Shown here piece after piece: positions 32,598 to 42,078 of a DNA stretch of 64,000 nt. This DNA is from an uncultured Chthonomonadaceae bacterium (lineage in GTDB: Bacteria; Armatimonadota; Chthonomonadetes; Chthonomonadales; Chthonomonadaceae): NCBI GenBank assembly GCA_963817895.1, contig CAWFQB010000001.1, positions 672,001-736,000 of the forward strand, read 5' to 3'. The position numbers and the translations under genes were made by a program. The stretch's first letter is position 1. Every line of letters starts with the position of its first letter. The notes below the pieces were generated by a model. It did not search any database, was not told the origin of the DNA, and saw only the letters and a list, made by a program, of their open reading frames with translations.

Positions 32598-32930
32598 AGA
32601 ATACCGTATCATCCTGCAACCGGAGGCGTATGCCGGAATGGAAAGCGCGTATGAGTATTTGGAGCAATACTCTCCCGATAATGCTCACAAGTGGGCCGTC
32701 GAGATCATGGAGGCCATTAACTCGCTGCAAACATTCCCCGGACGTTGCAGTCTTGCCCCGAAAGTGACTTCTTTGTTCAGGAGATTAGACAACTTCTTTA
32801 CGGCAAAGGCAGAAACACGTACCGCATACTTTTCACCATCCAAGAGGAAGCGGTATCCGTTTTATACATCCGCCACAGCGCGCAAGATACCTTAAAGCCG
32901 GACACTCAGGCAGATACGAATGAAGAGTAG
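32590..32930 (+). CDS. RelE/ParE family toxin (frameshift near 32760)
   Basis: Overlaps the antitoxin stop; YRIILQPEA...SLQTFPGRC...IRQLLYGK...YRILF...VLYIRH. Confidence 0.85.
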
Positions 32931-33008
32931 ATGAATACAAGCCTTCGCCTACTCACTCGTCCAATTGTAGCTATTGTGTGCTACAGGCAGGGAGGGTTTT
33001 GGTTGAAT

Positions 33009-33890
33009 ATGGAACTATCACCTGAAGCCCAAGCTTTCCTGAACAACTTGCAAAGGTTTCCTCCCGCCCTCAATGCGCCACAGTGTATCCTCAGACTCAA
33101 ACAGGCAAATTTGCCCGTATTCGAGTCAATAGTTGCGTTTCAAACCCGCTATGGTGGCTACCGTTTTCCATTTGGCTACACATGTTGGTTCTTTGAGTGC
33201 GGGATTATACCCACGTCGTCTACCTATTACTCTGATCCGTTGCTTTTAAGGCCACTCCTTTCTCTGCACAGGAAAGTAAACGCTCAATTGTTCCATGAGT
33301 ATTACACGCCCTACGGTTCGATTACGGCGATAAGGTTTCAAAAACAATGGTACTTTTCGTGTATGGGGCATGGATTTGAGGGAATGTGCTTTTATGTCAC
33401 TGAGTCTGGTGAGATTGGCTATTTTAATGATGGCAAGTGGCATGCGATAGTCGCATCCATGGATATGCTGGTGGAGCGAGCGGCTTTTATAAGCCAGAGA
33501 CGTGACCTTGGCTATGAACTTGTAGGGCGATATCCTGTCGAAAAATTCAATTGGGAGTATGCCGAAACAGTATTGGGCATGAAGTATAATCCCGAAATTT
33601 CCTATTCATCCATGAAATTTTGGCGTGGTGATAGCGCTTACGCCATTAATTCTCAAGGCTGTATTACCGTTTTTATCCTGTTTGTTCACATCCGCTCCAT
33701 GCTGCACCAGCAGTTGAACCGCTTTTATGTCGTCTTGCATGGCTGCTTCAATAAGCGGTGTTTTTCCACTGCGATTTTGCGCATTTACATCAGCCCCTGC
33801 GCACAACAGGCGTTCTGCAATTGCAATTTTATTCAATTTGCCTTCAGCTATGATGAGAATGAGTGGTGTTCTGCCGTATACATCGCGTGA
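33009..33890 (+). CDS. Hypothetical, SUKH-like immunity-type protein; 3' end overlaps the convergent ankyrin gene
   Basis: AT-richer ORF with GGGAGG RBS; LSPEAQAFL...AFQTRYGG...FYVTESGEI; sequence after ~33655 is the antisense of the ankyrin ORF. Confidence 0.5.
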   Translation: MELSPEAQAFLNNLQRFPPALNAPQCILRLKQANLPVFESIVAFQTRYGGYRFPFGYTCWFFECGIIPTSSTYYSDPLLLRPLLSLHRKVNAQLFHEYYTPYGSITAIRFQKQWYFSCMGHGFEGMCFYVTESGEIGYFNDGKWHAIVASMDMLVERAAFISQRRDLGYELVGRYPVEKFNWEYAETVLGMKYNPEISYSSMKFWRGDSAYAINSQGCITVFILFVHIRSMLHQQLNRFYVVLHGCFNKRCFSTAILRIYISPCAQQAFCNCNFIQFAFSYDENEWCSAVYIA

Positions 33891-33989
33891 CTTTACGTTT
33901 GCGCCACCGGCAAGCGCTTCTTCCACCTCCTGCACATCGCCTTTCAGAGTGGCTTTCAACAACTTGTCTTCGTAGTTACTCCAATTCAT
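33606..33989 (-). CDS. Short ankyrin-repeat protein, apparently truncated
   Basis: GANVKSRDVYGRTPLI, GADVNAQNRSGKTPLI, GADVNKQDKNGNTAL, then the consensus stops abruptly. Confidence 0.75.
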   Translation of the reverse strand: MNWSNYEDKLLKATLKGDVQEVEEALAGGANVKSRDVYGRTPLILIIAEGKLNKIAIAERLLCAGADVNAQNRSGKTPLIEAAMQDDIKAVQLLVQHGADVNKQDKNGNTALRINGVSAITTPKFHG

Positions 33990-34035
33990 TTTTGTTTACC
34001 TGAGACTTTCTCGCGTAAGAGTACGGAGACGCTCA

Positions 34036-36900
34036 TCAGAGATTCTTTTCAAGCACAAAATCAAGAGAATGATTATTGACGATGGCTTGCGCTATCTCGT
34101 CACGCAGGGCGTTCTGGCGCAGTTGGGCGGCGCGGGTGGGCGTGGGTGAAAGCGTATTGGGCAGTTGGCGGTAGTAGGCGAGCGAGCAGACATGCGCTTT
34201 CAGGCCGCCCGCAAGCGTCTGCACATCCGGTTCGGGGGGCGTGTCGAGGATGCCGATGAGATTGAACACCTCGTCGGCCCAGTTGAACTGCCGATTGCGC
34301 CCGATGTTGCCGCATAAGACCAGATGTTCTCTCGCCCGCGTCATGGCGACGTACAGCAATCGCGCCGATTCTTTCTTGTCCGCCTCCTGCCGTTGCCGGT
34401 CAATGGTTTTGTACACCACGTTGGGCGTTCCGTTGAGTTTTGTGCCGAGCGCGAAATGCTGCGGGTCGCAGGCGAACAGGCCGCGTTCGGGGATGAGCAG
34501 GCCGCGCGCCATGTCCGCCAGAATGACAACCGGAAACTCCAGTCCTTTCGCGCCATGAATTGTCAGTATGCGTACCACATCCGCTGCTTCTTCTTCGGTT
34601 GGCGCGTCCCCCTCGCGTTCGGAAAGCGTGTTCATTTCGCGCAGTCGCCTAATAAAGTCGCGCACTCCCATAACAGGATCGGCGTTCGCCATTTGCAGCA
34701 GCTTGCGCACATTGGCAAGCCGCCTGCGCCCACCGGTTCGGCATAGTAGACGGGCGTCGTAGTGAGTGCGGGAAATCAGCCGTTCCAGCAGGTGTCCAAC
34801 CGGAAGTCGGTCCTCCTGCGCCCGCAGTTCATCCATTACATTGATAAAGTCGCGCAGTTTTTCTCGTTCTGTAATTGGCAGCGTATCCGTTTCGAGCAAT
34901 GAGGCAAGGGCGGGATACAGGGGAACGGCTTTGTCGCCCCTGCGTATAGATTTGCCCCGCGTTTGCGCTTCCTCTTCCGCCTGCTGTTGGGCGTATCGGC
35001 TGAGATGGTACAGCGTGTCTACATCCACGCCCACAACGGGAGAGCGCAGGGTTGCGGCTAAGGCCACATCATTTAACGGGGTGTCCAGAACGGTCAGGAC
35101 GTTGATAAGGTCGCGTATCTCGTGCCGCGCGTAATAGCCCCTTCCACCCCCCACCACAAAATAGGGTATGCCCCGTCGCGCAAAGGCTTCCTCGTACTTT
35201 TGCACGTCCGTCAGGCCGCGCAGCAATACGGCTATGTCGCGATACGCGACGGTTTGCCCCCGGCGCGGATCGTCCTGACGGGTAATGCGGAATTCTTCCC
35301 CCTCCACCATGCGCTGTATGCGTCCGGCAAGCGCTTCGGCCTCCATGCCAACGTATTCGCGCCGTCCCAAATCCTGTGTTGTTAAGACCTCCAGACTGGG
35401 ATGCGGTTTGGCATCGAAGTTCGCGCCCACTGTCAGCGGCACAAATGGCGTGGTTTCATTTCGCCAGACTTGCCGGAACACCATCTCGACGGTTTGCAGG
35501 ATTTCGGGGCGTGACCGGAAGTTTACCGACAGGGAGACGTGAACGCCCGCTTTATCCTCCCGAAACTGGCGTTCCAGATCGCGAAACAGGCGCGAGTCGG
35601 CATGGCGGAACCCGTAAATGCTCTGCTGCACGTCCCCAACTACAAACAGATGGTTGCGCGGTATGCCCGCTTCCTGACTTGATTTGACGTGCAGCAGATT
35701 GATGAGCCGCATTTGCAGCGGGTTCGTATCCTGAAACTCATCTACCATTAAATGCCGGAACAGACGCTGATAACGGGCGCGAACAACGGGGGATTTTGTA
35801 AGCAGGCGTACCCCTTCTTCCTGCAAATCTTCGGTGTCCAGACTGCCGCGCTTCTGTTTTGCGATCTCGTACTCTTTCCAGACGGCAACCGCCAGTTGCC
35901 ACAGCCGATGGCATTGCAGGGCGGCGTTTTCTTCGGTATCCGCCAGAGTGCCGAACAGGTCACGCGCTTCTTCGCACTGAATACGGATGCGCTGTAACAG
36001 TCGCGCCGTTTCCATGTCGGCGGGCGTCGCCACCTGACGCGGCGCGCTGCGGCTGACGCTTTTATACGCGGCTTCCAATGCGGACAGGGTTGGGAAAAGC
36101 GCGTCTGCGTCGGGATGTAAATACTCGGCGTGTTCCAGCAGGGCGTCACAGGCGATGCGAACCGTACCCATCAGATTATCGCGCAGCCCGGACAATGTTA
36201 CGAGCGCGGCGTTGATCTCGGTCAGAAGGGGCGTGAGCAGCATCCACACGGGTTCCAGCGAACGCGCGCCGGTTATGTCCTGCCCGTCCAGCGTGTGCTT
36301 TTCTACCGTGCGCAGGCTTTTCCCCGCGCCGCGCATTTTGGCGATCAGGTTTTCCGTCGCGCCGGACAGGACAAAAAGAGAGTCGCCGCTGGTGTCGTTA
36401 TACGCGCGTTCGCCCTGCGTGGCGGCTACCAACTCGGTAATGTCCGCGTTGTTAGCGGCGTAGGCGCGTGAAATGACGGTTTCAAACGATTGCCGCAATA
36501 ATCGCCGGGATTGCGTCTCGTCCAGAACGCGGAATTGTGGATCAACTCCGGCTTCAAAGGGGTTCTCTTGCAGCAGACGCGAACAGAAGCCGTGAATGGT
36601 GCTGATGTACGCGGTTTCCACCTGCCGCCGCTCCTCGACAAGATTGCGCCGCGACAATTCTGCCACAATCCGGGTTTTCATCTCTTTGGTGGCTTTTTCC
36701 GTGAAGGTGATTACCAGTATCTCGTCCACGCGGACGCGCTGTTCCGGGGAGATTCCCTCCTGTTGCCCGGACGTGACGAGCCGAACGAACCGCTCCACAA
36801 GAACACCGGTCTTGCCCGAACCCGCGCCCGCCGCCACGCAAATGTCGCTATGGTCGGTATTTATCGCCTGCCGCTGATTTTCTGTAAACTTTTCCTTCAC
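34036..36900 (-). CDS. addA: AddA/UvrD-like SF1 helicase with no obvious C-terminal nuclease domain
   Basis: AGAGSGKT, ITFTEKA, ISTIHGFC, VDEFQDTN, VGDVQQSIYGFR, NFRS, TIHGAKGLEFP, LLYVAMTRA. Confidence 0.85.
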   Translation of the reverse strand: MKEKFTENQRQAINTDHSDICVAAGAGSGKTGVLVERFVRLVTSGQQEGISPEQRVRVDEILVITFTEKATKEMKTRIVAELSRRNLVEERRQVETAYISTIHGFCSRLLQENPFEAGVDPQFRVLDETQSRRLLRQSFETVISRAYAANNADITELVAATQGERAYNDTSGDSLFVLSGATENLIAKMRGAGKSLRTVEKHTLDGQDITGARSLEPVWMLLTPLLTEINAALVTLSGLRDNLMGTVRIACDALLEHAEYLHPDADALFPTLSALEAAYKSVSRSAPRQVATPADMETARLLQRIRIQCEEARDLFGTLADTEENAALQCHRLWQLAVAVWKEYEIAKQKRGSLDTEDLQEEGVRLLTKSPVVRARYQRLFRHLMVDEFQDTNPLQMRLINLLHVKSSQEAGIPRNHLFVVGDVQQSIYGFRHADSRLFRDLERQFREDKAGVHVSLSVNFRSRPEILQTVEMVFRQVWRNETTPFVPLTVGANFDAKPHPSLEVLTTQDLGRREYVGMEAEALAGRIQRMVEGEEFRITRQDDPRRGQTVAYRDIAVLLRGLTDVQKYEEAFARRGIPYFVVGGGRGYYARHEIRDLINVLTVLDTPLNDVALAATLRSPVVGVDVDTLYHLSRYAQQQAEEEAQTRGKSIRRGDKAVPLYPALASLLETDTLPITEREKLRDFINVMDELRAQEDRLPVGHLLERLISRTHYDARLLCRTGGRRRLANVRKLLQMANADPVMGVRDFIRRLREMNTLSEREGDAPTEEEAADVVRILTIHGAKGLEFPVVILADMARGLLIPERGLFACDPQHFALGTKLNGTPNVVYKTIDRQRQEADKKESARLLYVAMTRAREHLVLCGNIGRNRQFNWADEVFNLIGILDTPPEPDVQTLAGGLKAHVCSLAYYRQLPNTLSPTPTRAAQLRQNALRDEIAQAIVNNHSLDFVLEKNL

Positions 36901-36940
36901 GGGCGTTCGTCTTGCTCCTGTTTCGTGCCAGAATAGTGTA

Positions 36941-37040
36941 GGTGTTCGGTGTTCGGTGTTCGGTTCACAGCCTTGTTACTCTAATTATGCAGCATCGCTT
37001 TTGCATTTTCCGAACACCGAACACCGAACACCGAACACCG
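36941..37040. repeat. Inverted heptamer tandem array (GGTGTTC ... CCGAACA) in the addA/parA divergent region
   Basis: 3 units, ~46 nt spacer, then 4 reverse-complement units. Confidence 0.9.
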
Positions 37041-37083
37041 ATGTATACGTTTTGGCCTTCGTGGCCCGGAAGGTGAAGCGGGT

Positions 37084-37845
37084 ATGGGTATTGTGTATGC
37101 GGTTGTAAACCAGAAGGGCGGCGTCGGCAAGACCACGACAGCGGTAAATCTGTCAGCGTACATGGCTATGGCCGGCGCGAAAGTGCTGCTGGTGGACCTG
37201 GACCCGCAGGGCAACGCCACCAGCGGGATGGGCGTGGATCGCGGCAGCCTGAAACTCTCCACATATGATGTGCTGCTGGACGGCCTTCCCGTTACGGAAG
37301 CAGTGGTACGCACCAAAGTGGAAAATCTTGCCCTCTTGCCTGCTACCATTGATCTGGCGGGCGCGGATATGGAACTGATGGCGAAAATCTCGCGCGAAAC
37401 GTTTCTGCGGCAGGCGCTGGAACCGGCGCGGGAGTATTTCGACGTGATCCTGATTGATTCGCCGCCCTCACTTGGCCTGCTGACTCTTAACGCTCTCGTC
37501 GCCTCAAACGGCGTGATTTTGCCGATACAAACCGAGTTTTACGCGCTGGAGGGTATCAGCCAGTTGCTCAAGACCATTGACCTTGTGAAGCGTCAGTTGA
37601 ATCCGTCTTTGTATGTCGCCAAAGTGATTCTAACGATGTATGACAACCGGACGCGGTTAGCTCAACAGGTAGAGGCGGATGTCAAGAATTTTTTCCGCGA
37701 CAAGGTTTCTCCCACTATTATACCGCGCAATGTGCGTCTATCGGAAGCGCCGAGTCACGGCCTTCCGATTGCGCTGTATGATCCTAAATCGCGGGGCGCG
37801 CTGGCGTACCAGAAAATCGCGCAGGAGGTATTGAAAAATGGGTAA
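37084..37845 (+). CDS. parA: Chromosome partitioning ATPase ParA/Soj
   Basis: NQKGGVGKTTT, DLDPQGNATSG, DSPPSLG, PRNVRLSEAPSHG. Confidence 0.95.
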   Translation: MGIVYAVVNQKGGVGKTTTAVNLSAYMAMAGAKVLLVDLDPQGNATSGMGVDRGSLKLSTYDVLLDGLPVTEAVVRTKVENLALLPATIDLAGADMELMAKISRETFLRQALEPAREYFDVILIDSPPSLGLLTLNALVASNGVILPIQTEFYALEGISQLLKTIDLVKRQLNPSLYVAKVILTMYDNRTRLAQQVEADVKNFFRDKVSPTIIPRNVRLSEAPSHGLPIALYDPKSRGALAYQKIAQEVLKNG

Positions 37846-38764
37846 GCGAGGATTAGGCCGGGGGTTGGCCGCGCTGATTTCGGAAAATACGATGCGTGAC
37901 GGGGAAGCGCGGGTACAGGAAGTGCCGGTTTCGCAGGTGACACCCAATCCGTATCAGCCCCGTACCCTGTTCGACCCGATTAAAATGGAGGAGCTTGTCA
38001 CCTCCATTAAGGAACACGGCGTTTTGCAGCCAATTCTGTTGCGGGAAGTGGGACACGAGCGTTTTCAGATTGTGGCGGGCGAGCGCCGGTTCCGGGCCGC
38101 GCAGACAGCGGGACTGACGCAGGTTCCCGCGATTGTCAAGGAGTGTTCTGAGCGGGAACTGCTGGAAATGGCGGTTGTCGAAAATGTACAGCGCGAAGAC
38201 ATTGGCGCGATGGAAGCGGCGCGGGCCTATCGCCGCATGATTGACGAATTCCACATGACGCAGGAAACCGTCAGTCACCGCGTCGGAAAGAGCCGTTCGT
38301 CCGTCGCCAATCTGGTGCGCCTGCTCGACCTGCCGGACGTGGTGCAGGACAGCCTTGAACGTAACCAACTGTCGGAGGGACACGGCAAGGCGTTGCTCAA
38401 ACTGCGCGATCACCCCGAACTGCTGGAACGCGCCTGGCGGCGGGCGGCAACGGAACAGTTGTCGGTTCGGGCAACCGAACAGGTGATAGAATTGCTTTTA
38501 ACGCCTTCGCGCTCCTCTTCCGCCGGTTCCAGCGCGGAGGGGGACCGTACTCCCGCTTCCGCTGCTTCCAATGGCACAGCCTCATTTTCCGCTTCCGACC
38601 CGCATGAGGCCGCGCTTGCCGGCAATCTTCAGGATCGGTTGGGAACCAGGGTGTTTGTGCGGCGGGACGGCAAGGGTAGAGGGCGTATCGAAATCGAGTT
38701 TTATACGGAAGAGGATTTACAGCGCGTGTTCGATCTGCTGCTTGAAACCGGGCGGGGGAGATAA
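37838..38764 (+). CDS. parB: Chromosome partitioning protein ParB/Spo0J
   Basis: GLGRGLAAL, PNPYQPR, GVLQPI, AGERRFRA, ENVQRED, GKSRS.VAN..RLL. Confidence 0.95.
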   Translation: MGKRGLGRGLAALISENTMRDGEARVQEVPVSQVTPNPYQPRTLFDPIKMEELVTSIKEHGVLQPILLREVGHERFQIVAGERRFRAAQTAGLTQVPAIVKECSERELLEMAVVENVQREDIGAMEAARAYRRMIDEFHMTQETVSHRVGKSRSSVANLVRLLDLPDVVQDSLERNQLSEGHGKALLKLRDHPELLERAWRRAATEQLSVRATEQVIELLLTPSRSSSAGSSAEGDRTPASAASNGTASFSASDPHEAALAGNLQDRLGTRVFVRRDGKGRGRIEIEFYTEEDLQRVFDLLLETGRGR

Positions 38765-38766
38765 AC

Positions 38767-39267
38767 ATGTCTGAGGAACCGCGCGAGTATCCTCCCGTAG
38801 AGCGTTTCTACTACGATGATGAGAATACTCCTGCTCCCAACAAGCCGCTGCATCCGGGCGTGGCGGCGGTTATCTTCGATGAAACGGGCCGCGTTCTGTT
38901 TATGAAGCGATCTCGCAGTGACCACTGGTGTTTGCCGGGGGGCCGCATGGATATGGACGAGTCGGCGCAGGCATGTTGTATCCGCGAGACATGGGAGGAG
39001 ACGGGCTATGAAACGGAGATTGTTCGTCTGATCTCTCTCAATACCAATCCCCGCAGCGTGGTTCACTACCCGGACGGCAACATCTACCGCAGTTTCGTCA
39101 TCTGTTTCGAGGCAAGGATTACGGGCGGGGAGTTGAAAGCCAGCGCGGAGTCGGAAGCGTTTCGGTGGGTAGGGAAGCACGAACTGGATACTATCAACCT
39201 CATTCCCGACAGCCGTCTGAACGCTCTGGACGCTTGGATCAATCAAGAGGCGGCTTTTATTCGGTAG
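38767..39267 (+). CDS. NUDIX hydrolase
   Basis: Nudix box PGGRMDMDES...CIRETWEETG. Confidence 0.9.
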   Translation: MSEEPREYPPVERFYYDDENTPAPNKPLHPGVAAVIFDETGRVLFMKRSRSDHWCLPGGRMDMDESAQACCIRETWEETGYETEIVRLISLNTNPRSVVHYPDGNIYRSFVICFEARITGGELKASAESEAFRWVGKHELDTINLIPDSRLNALDAWINQEAAFIR

Positions 39268-39310
39268 CGATTAGCACCAAATTGTTCTACGGTCAACAAT
39301 TTGGCGCTTG

Positions 39311-40000
39311 TTAAGCGCGTTCCAGATCGGCAAGGAGGGGGCAGTGGTCGGAGGCAAGACTGTCTACCACCTCCATATATCGCAGGGTTAAATCGGGGGA
39401 AAAGAGGATGTAGTCAATCCGTTCTCTGGGGTTATCGGAGACAAATGTCGGCCGGTTTTGTCCTGTATCCGCATCCGTCAGGCCGGTCTTCTCCACAAGG
39501 GCTTTCACGGCGGGCGCGTCCGGCCCCTCATTCAAATCCCCGCAAAAGATCACGGGATGCCGCGCTTCCGCAATCAGCGGAACCAGAAATTCCGCCTGCT
39601 TTTCGCGCTCCTCGCCATCCAGTCCCCAGTGCGCGCAGAAAACCGTAAGACGGCCAATCCCGGCAACGTCGCGAAGCTGAAGTTCCAGCGCGCCACGCTG
39701 TTCGCGCAGGCTCGGCAGATGATGCTCCTTCGCTTCTACTATCGTGTCCCGCGCCGCAATCGCGATGCCGTAACTGCCCAATCCAATCCGCAGGTTGCGT
39801 TGAAACAAAACGGGACGCTGAAGGTTTCGCGCCAGAACGCCGGGCTGGTCTTCACCCCCGCTTTGCGGGGTGCGCTGATGAATCTCCTGAAAGCAGACGA
39901 CATCCGGGGACAGTCCGCGCACAACGGACGCGATGCGGCGCGTGGAGCGCAGCCCGTCCATGCCAAGACTGCCGCGCGTGTTGTAGGTAACAATTCTCAT
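39311..40000 (-). CDS. Endonuclease/exonuclease/phosphatase (EEP) family protein
   Basis: MRIVTYN, DVVCFQE, GDLN, IDYI, SDHCPL. Confidence 0.9.
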   Translation of the reverse strand: MRIVTYNTRGSLGMDGLRSTRRIASVVRGLSPDVVCFQEIHQRTPQSGGEDQPGVLARNLQRPVLFQRNLRIGLGSYGIAIAARDTIVEAKEHHLPSLREQRGALELQLRDVAGIGRLTVFCAHWGLDGEEREKQAEFLVPLIAEARHPVIFCGDLNEGPDAPAVKALVEKTGLTDADTGQNRPTFVSDNPRERIDYILFSPDLTLRYMEVVDSLASDHCPLLADLERA

Positions 40001-40032
40001 GGCTTTCAGTATACTCGATACCAAACATAAAA

Positions 40033-40062
40033 TGTCGGGGATGCAGTTTCGCATCCCCGACA
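40033..40062. terminator. Hairpin between flgM and the EEP gene
   Basis: TGTCGGGGATGC-N6-GCATCCCCGACA. Confidence 0.5.
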
Positions 40063-40157
40063 AAATTAAACACACATTGAACACTACAGGAAGCGACACG
40101 CAAAGCAAACAAGCCTCTTGTCTTAACGCTCGATGCCTGACGCTTCCTGCTCCTCTT

Positions 40158-40469
40158 TTACAGCGAGGTATTGTCCGCCAGAGTACGGCGAATAATCAAA
40201 TCCGCGATATCCTGACCACTCACATGGTACGTGCCACTTTCAACCTGAGCCTTCAGCGCCTGAACACGGTCTTCACGCACATCCGGCAACTGGCTGATCT
40301 GTTTTTTGATTTGCAGCACTTCCTGCGCCGCCGCCGAAACATCTACCTGCGCCGCCTGACGGCTCTGGATGCTGCGGCCCGACGTGGAAACAGCGGTGAG
40401 AGGCGCAGAAGAGCGCTCCCGCGTGGTGTCACTCAACAACCGGCTTACTTCTTCAGTGGATATTCTCAT
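40158..40469 (-). CDS. flgM: Anti-sigma28 factor FlgM
   Basis: MRIS... start with AGGAGG RBS; C-terminal PDVREDRVQALKAQVESGTYHVSGQDIAD. Confidence 0.9.
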   Translation of the reverse strand: MRISTEEVSRLLSDTTRERSSAPLTAVSTSGRSIQSRQAAQVDVSAAAQEVLQIKKQISQLPDVREDRVQALKAQVESGTYHVSGQDIADLIIRRTLADNTSL

Positions 40470-40524
40470 TGTTTTGCCTCCTGGTCGGTAAAAACAATAC
40501 ATTGCGTATTGGTTTACGTCGAGT

Positions 40525-40650
40525 ACGGCAACCTGGCGACCATCAGGAGTCTGTTCCATGGCAGTCAGCGCGTATGCGCTATTCTACTTAACATCCTCTA
40601 AGGCCCATGGCTTTGCGTCCCCACATTTCTATGGGTTTGCCTTTGACATC
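40525..40650 (-). ncRNA. c-di-GMP-I (GEMM) riboswitch with an enlarged P2 insertion
   Basis: Minus strand: AAAGGCAAACCCATAGAAATGTGGGGACGCAAAGCCATGGGCCTTAG...ATGGTCGCCAGGTTGCCG, matching the GEMM hallmarks GGCAAAC/GAAA/GACGCAAAGCC/GCCAGxTTGCC. Confidence 0.85.
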
Positions 40651-40664
40651 ATCTCTCACAAGTA

Positions 40665-40693
40665 TCATCGGCAGAATCTGCAACGGTCTTCAG
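40665..40693 (-). promoter_or_regulatory. Sigma28 (FliA/SigD)-type promoter
   Basis: Minus strand CTGAAG-N15-GCCGATGA versus consensus TAAA-N15/16-GCCGATAA, just upstream of the riboswitch and flgM. Confidence 0.65.
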
Positions 40694-40845
40694 GGTTATT
40701 TCTGCAAATTTTTCTGCTGCAAGACAATAGCACAATAATTGTTGCCACGTCAATAACTCTAACATACAAAATCGTAATAAACGAAAGAAGTATAAAATGG
40801 ATACGTAGCGATTTGGAGAAAAGGGCGGACGCCTTAGAGGAATTT

Positions 40846-42078
40846 TCACGAGGATAACAGAGGTGGCGGCGAGGCGGGACGCGCGAACAGGTAGCCCTGC
40901 GCGAAGTGAGCGCCATGCGCCCGCAGCCATTCCCATTCCGCCTCGGTTTCCACGCCTTCAGCAACGACCTGCATATCCAATTCGCAGGCGGTTTCCACCA
41001 ATTTACGCACAATCAGCGCCTTGCCCGCGTCCGCGTGAACGTTTCGTATCAACTCCCGGTCCAGTTTCACGAAATCCGGGCGTACTTCCAGCAGTACCGA
41101 CAGGGAAGAGTAACCGGAACCTACATCGTCCAGCGCAACGCCGAAGCCCTTTTCGCGATAAAAGGCGACGATGCGCTTCAAATGCGCTATTTCCGGCAGC
41201 CGTTCGCTTTCAACAATCTCGAACACGATCTGTTCGCGGCGGAATTTCAATTCATCCACCATCTGCACGGTGCTGTCCAGACAGGAATACGGGTTATATA
41301 TGGCGTTGGGAGAGAAATTGACGAAAATGCGCGTGGAAATACGATGCTCCGCCGCGCCCATCAGAGCCGCGCGCCGCGCCGCCAAATCCAATTGGAATAG
41401 CAAGTCCGCGCTTCTTGCCAGTTCAAACATCGCGCCGGGAAATATGACCTGTCCATCCACGCGCCCGCGCAGCAGGCACTCATAGGCGTAGACATTGGGC
41501 GCGCGCAACTCCTGTTCGCTTTGCGGACAGCGCACAATCGGCTGAAACACGCTGAAAAGCCTGTTCTCGCGGAGTACATCAAGAAGCCAATCACTTTGGG
41601 CCTGGCTGGCGAAATCCGGCAGAGCTTCGATCTCAAAATAGTCTGCGGCCTGCGGCAGTTCCCCGGCGGGCTGGAAAAAGGCGCGCGCGTCTCGTTGCTC
41701 CGTATAAGACAGTCGTTCCATAATCGGCGTCAGCAGGGGCGCAAGGCTGCCGACAGGCGCGTCAATGCGCAGGGTTCCATCCTGTTCCTGATGCTGCCAG
41801 GGCGAATCAGCGAGATAGCTGAGAATTTTGCCGAGCGAAAACGTGTGCGGCAGGCGCAAATGCAGCGTTCCCGGCCCGCGAATAGGTATGGGCAGCACTT
41901 CGCACCGCTGACAGCCGGGTTTGCCGACCAAAACATCTTCCCGATTAGGAAGCGTCATGCCGTGATGAATGCCCTCCAGCGCCTCCGCTTTCTGGTGTTC
42001 CTCGACCGGTTCGGGAGGCACATCGCCGTTGCGATACAAAATCTCATCCGCTTGCAGTTTAATGGAGGGTTCGCTCAT
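40846..42078 (-). CDS. EAL domain c-di-GMP phosphodiesterase with an N-terminal CxxC-containing domain
   Basis: FQPIV, YECLLRG, IFVNFSP, FEIVESE, ALDDVGSGYS, VKLD, VVAEGVET, QGYLF. Confidence 0.9.
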   Translation of the reverse strand: MSEPSIKLQADEILYRNGDVPPEPVEEHQKAEALEGIHHGMTLPNREDVLVGKPGCQRCEVLPIPIRGPGTLHLRLPHTFSLGKILSYLADSPWQHQEQDGTLRIDAPVGSLAPLLTPIMERLSYTEQRDARAFFQPAGELPQAADYFEIEALPDFASQAQSDWLLDVLRENRLFSVFQPIVRCPQSEQELRAPNVYAYECLLRGRVDGQVIFPGAMFELARSADLLFQLDLAARRAALMGAAEHRISTRIFVNFSPNAIYNPYSCLDSTVQMVDELKFRREQIVFEIVESERLPEIAHLKRIVAFYREKGFGVALDDVGSGYSSLSVLLEVRPDFVKLDRELIRNVHADAGKALIVRKLVETACELDMQVVAEGVETEAEWEWLRAHGAHFAQGYLFARPASPPPLLSS

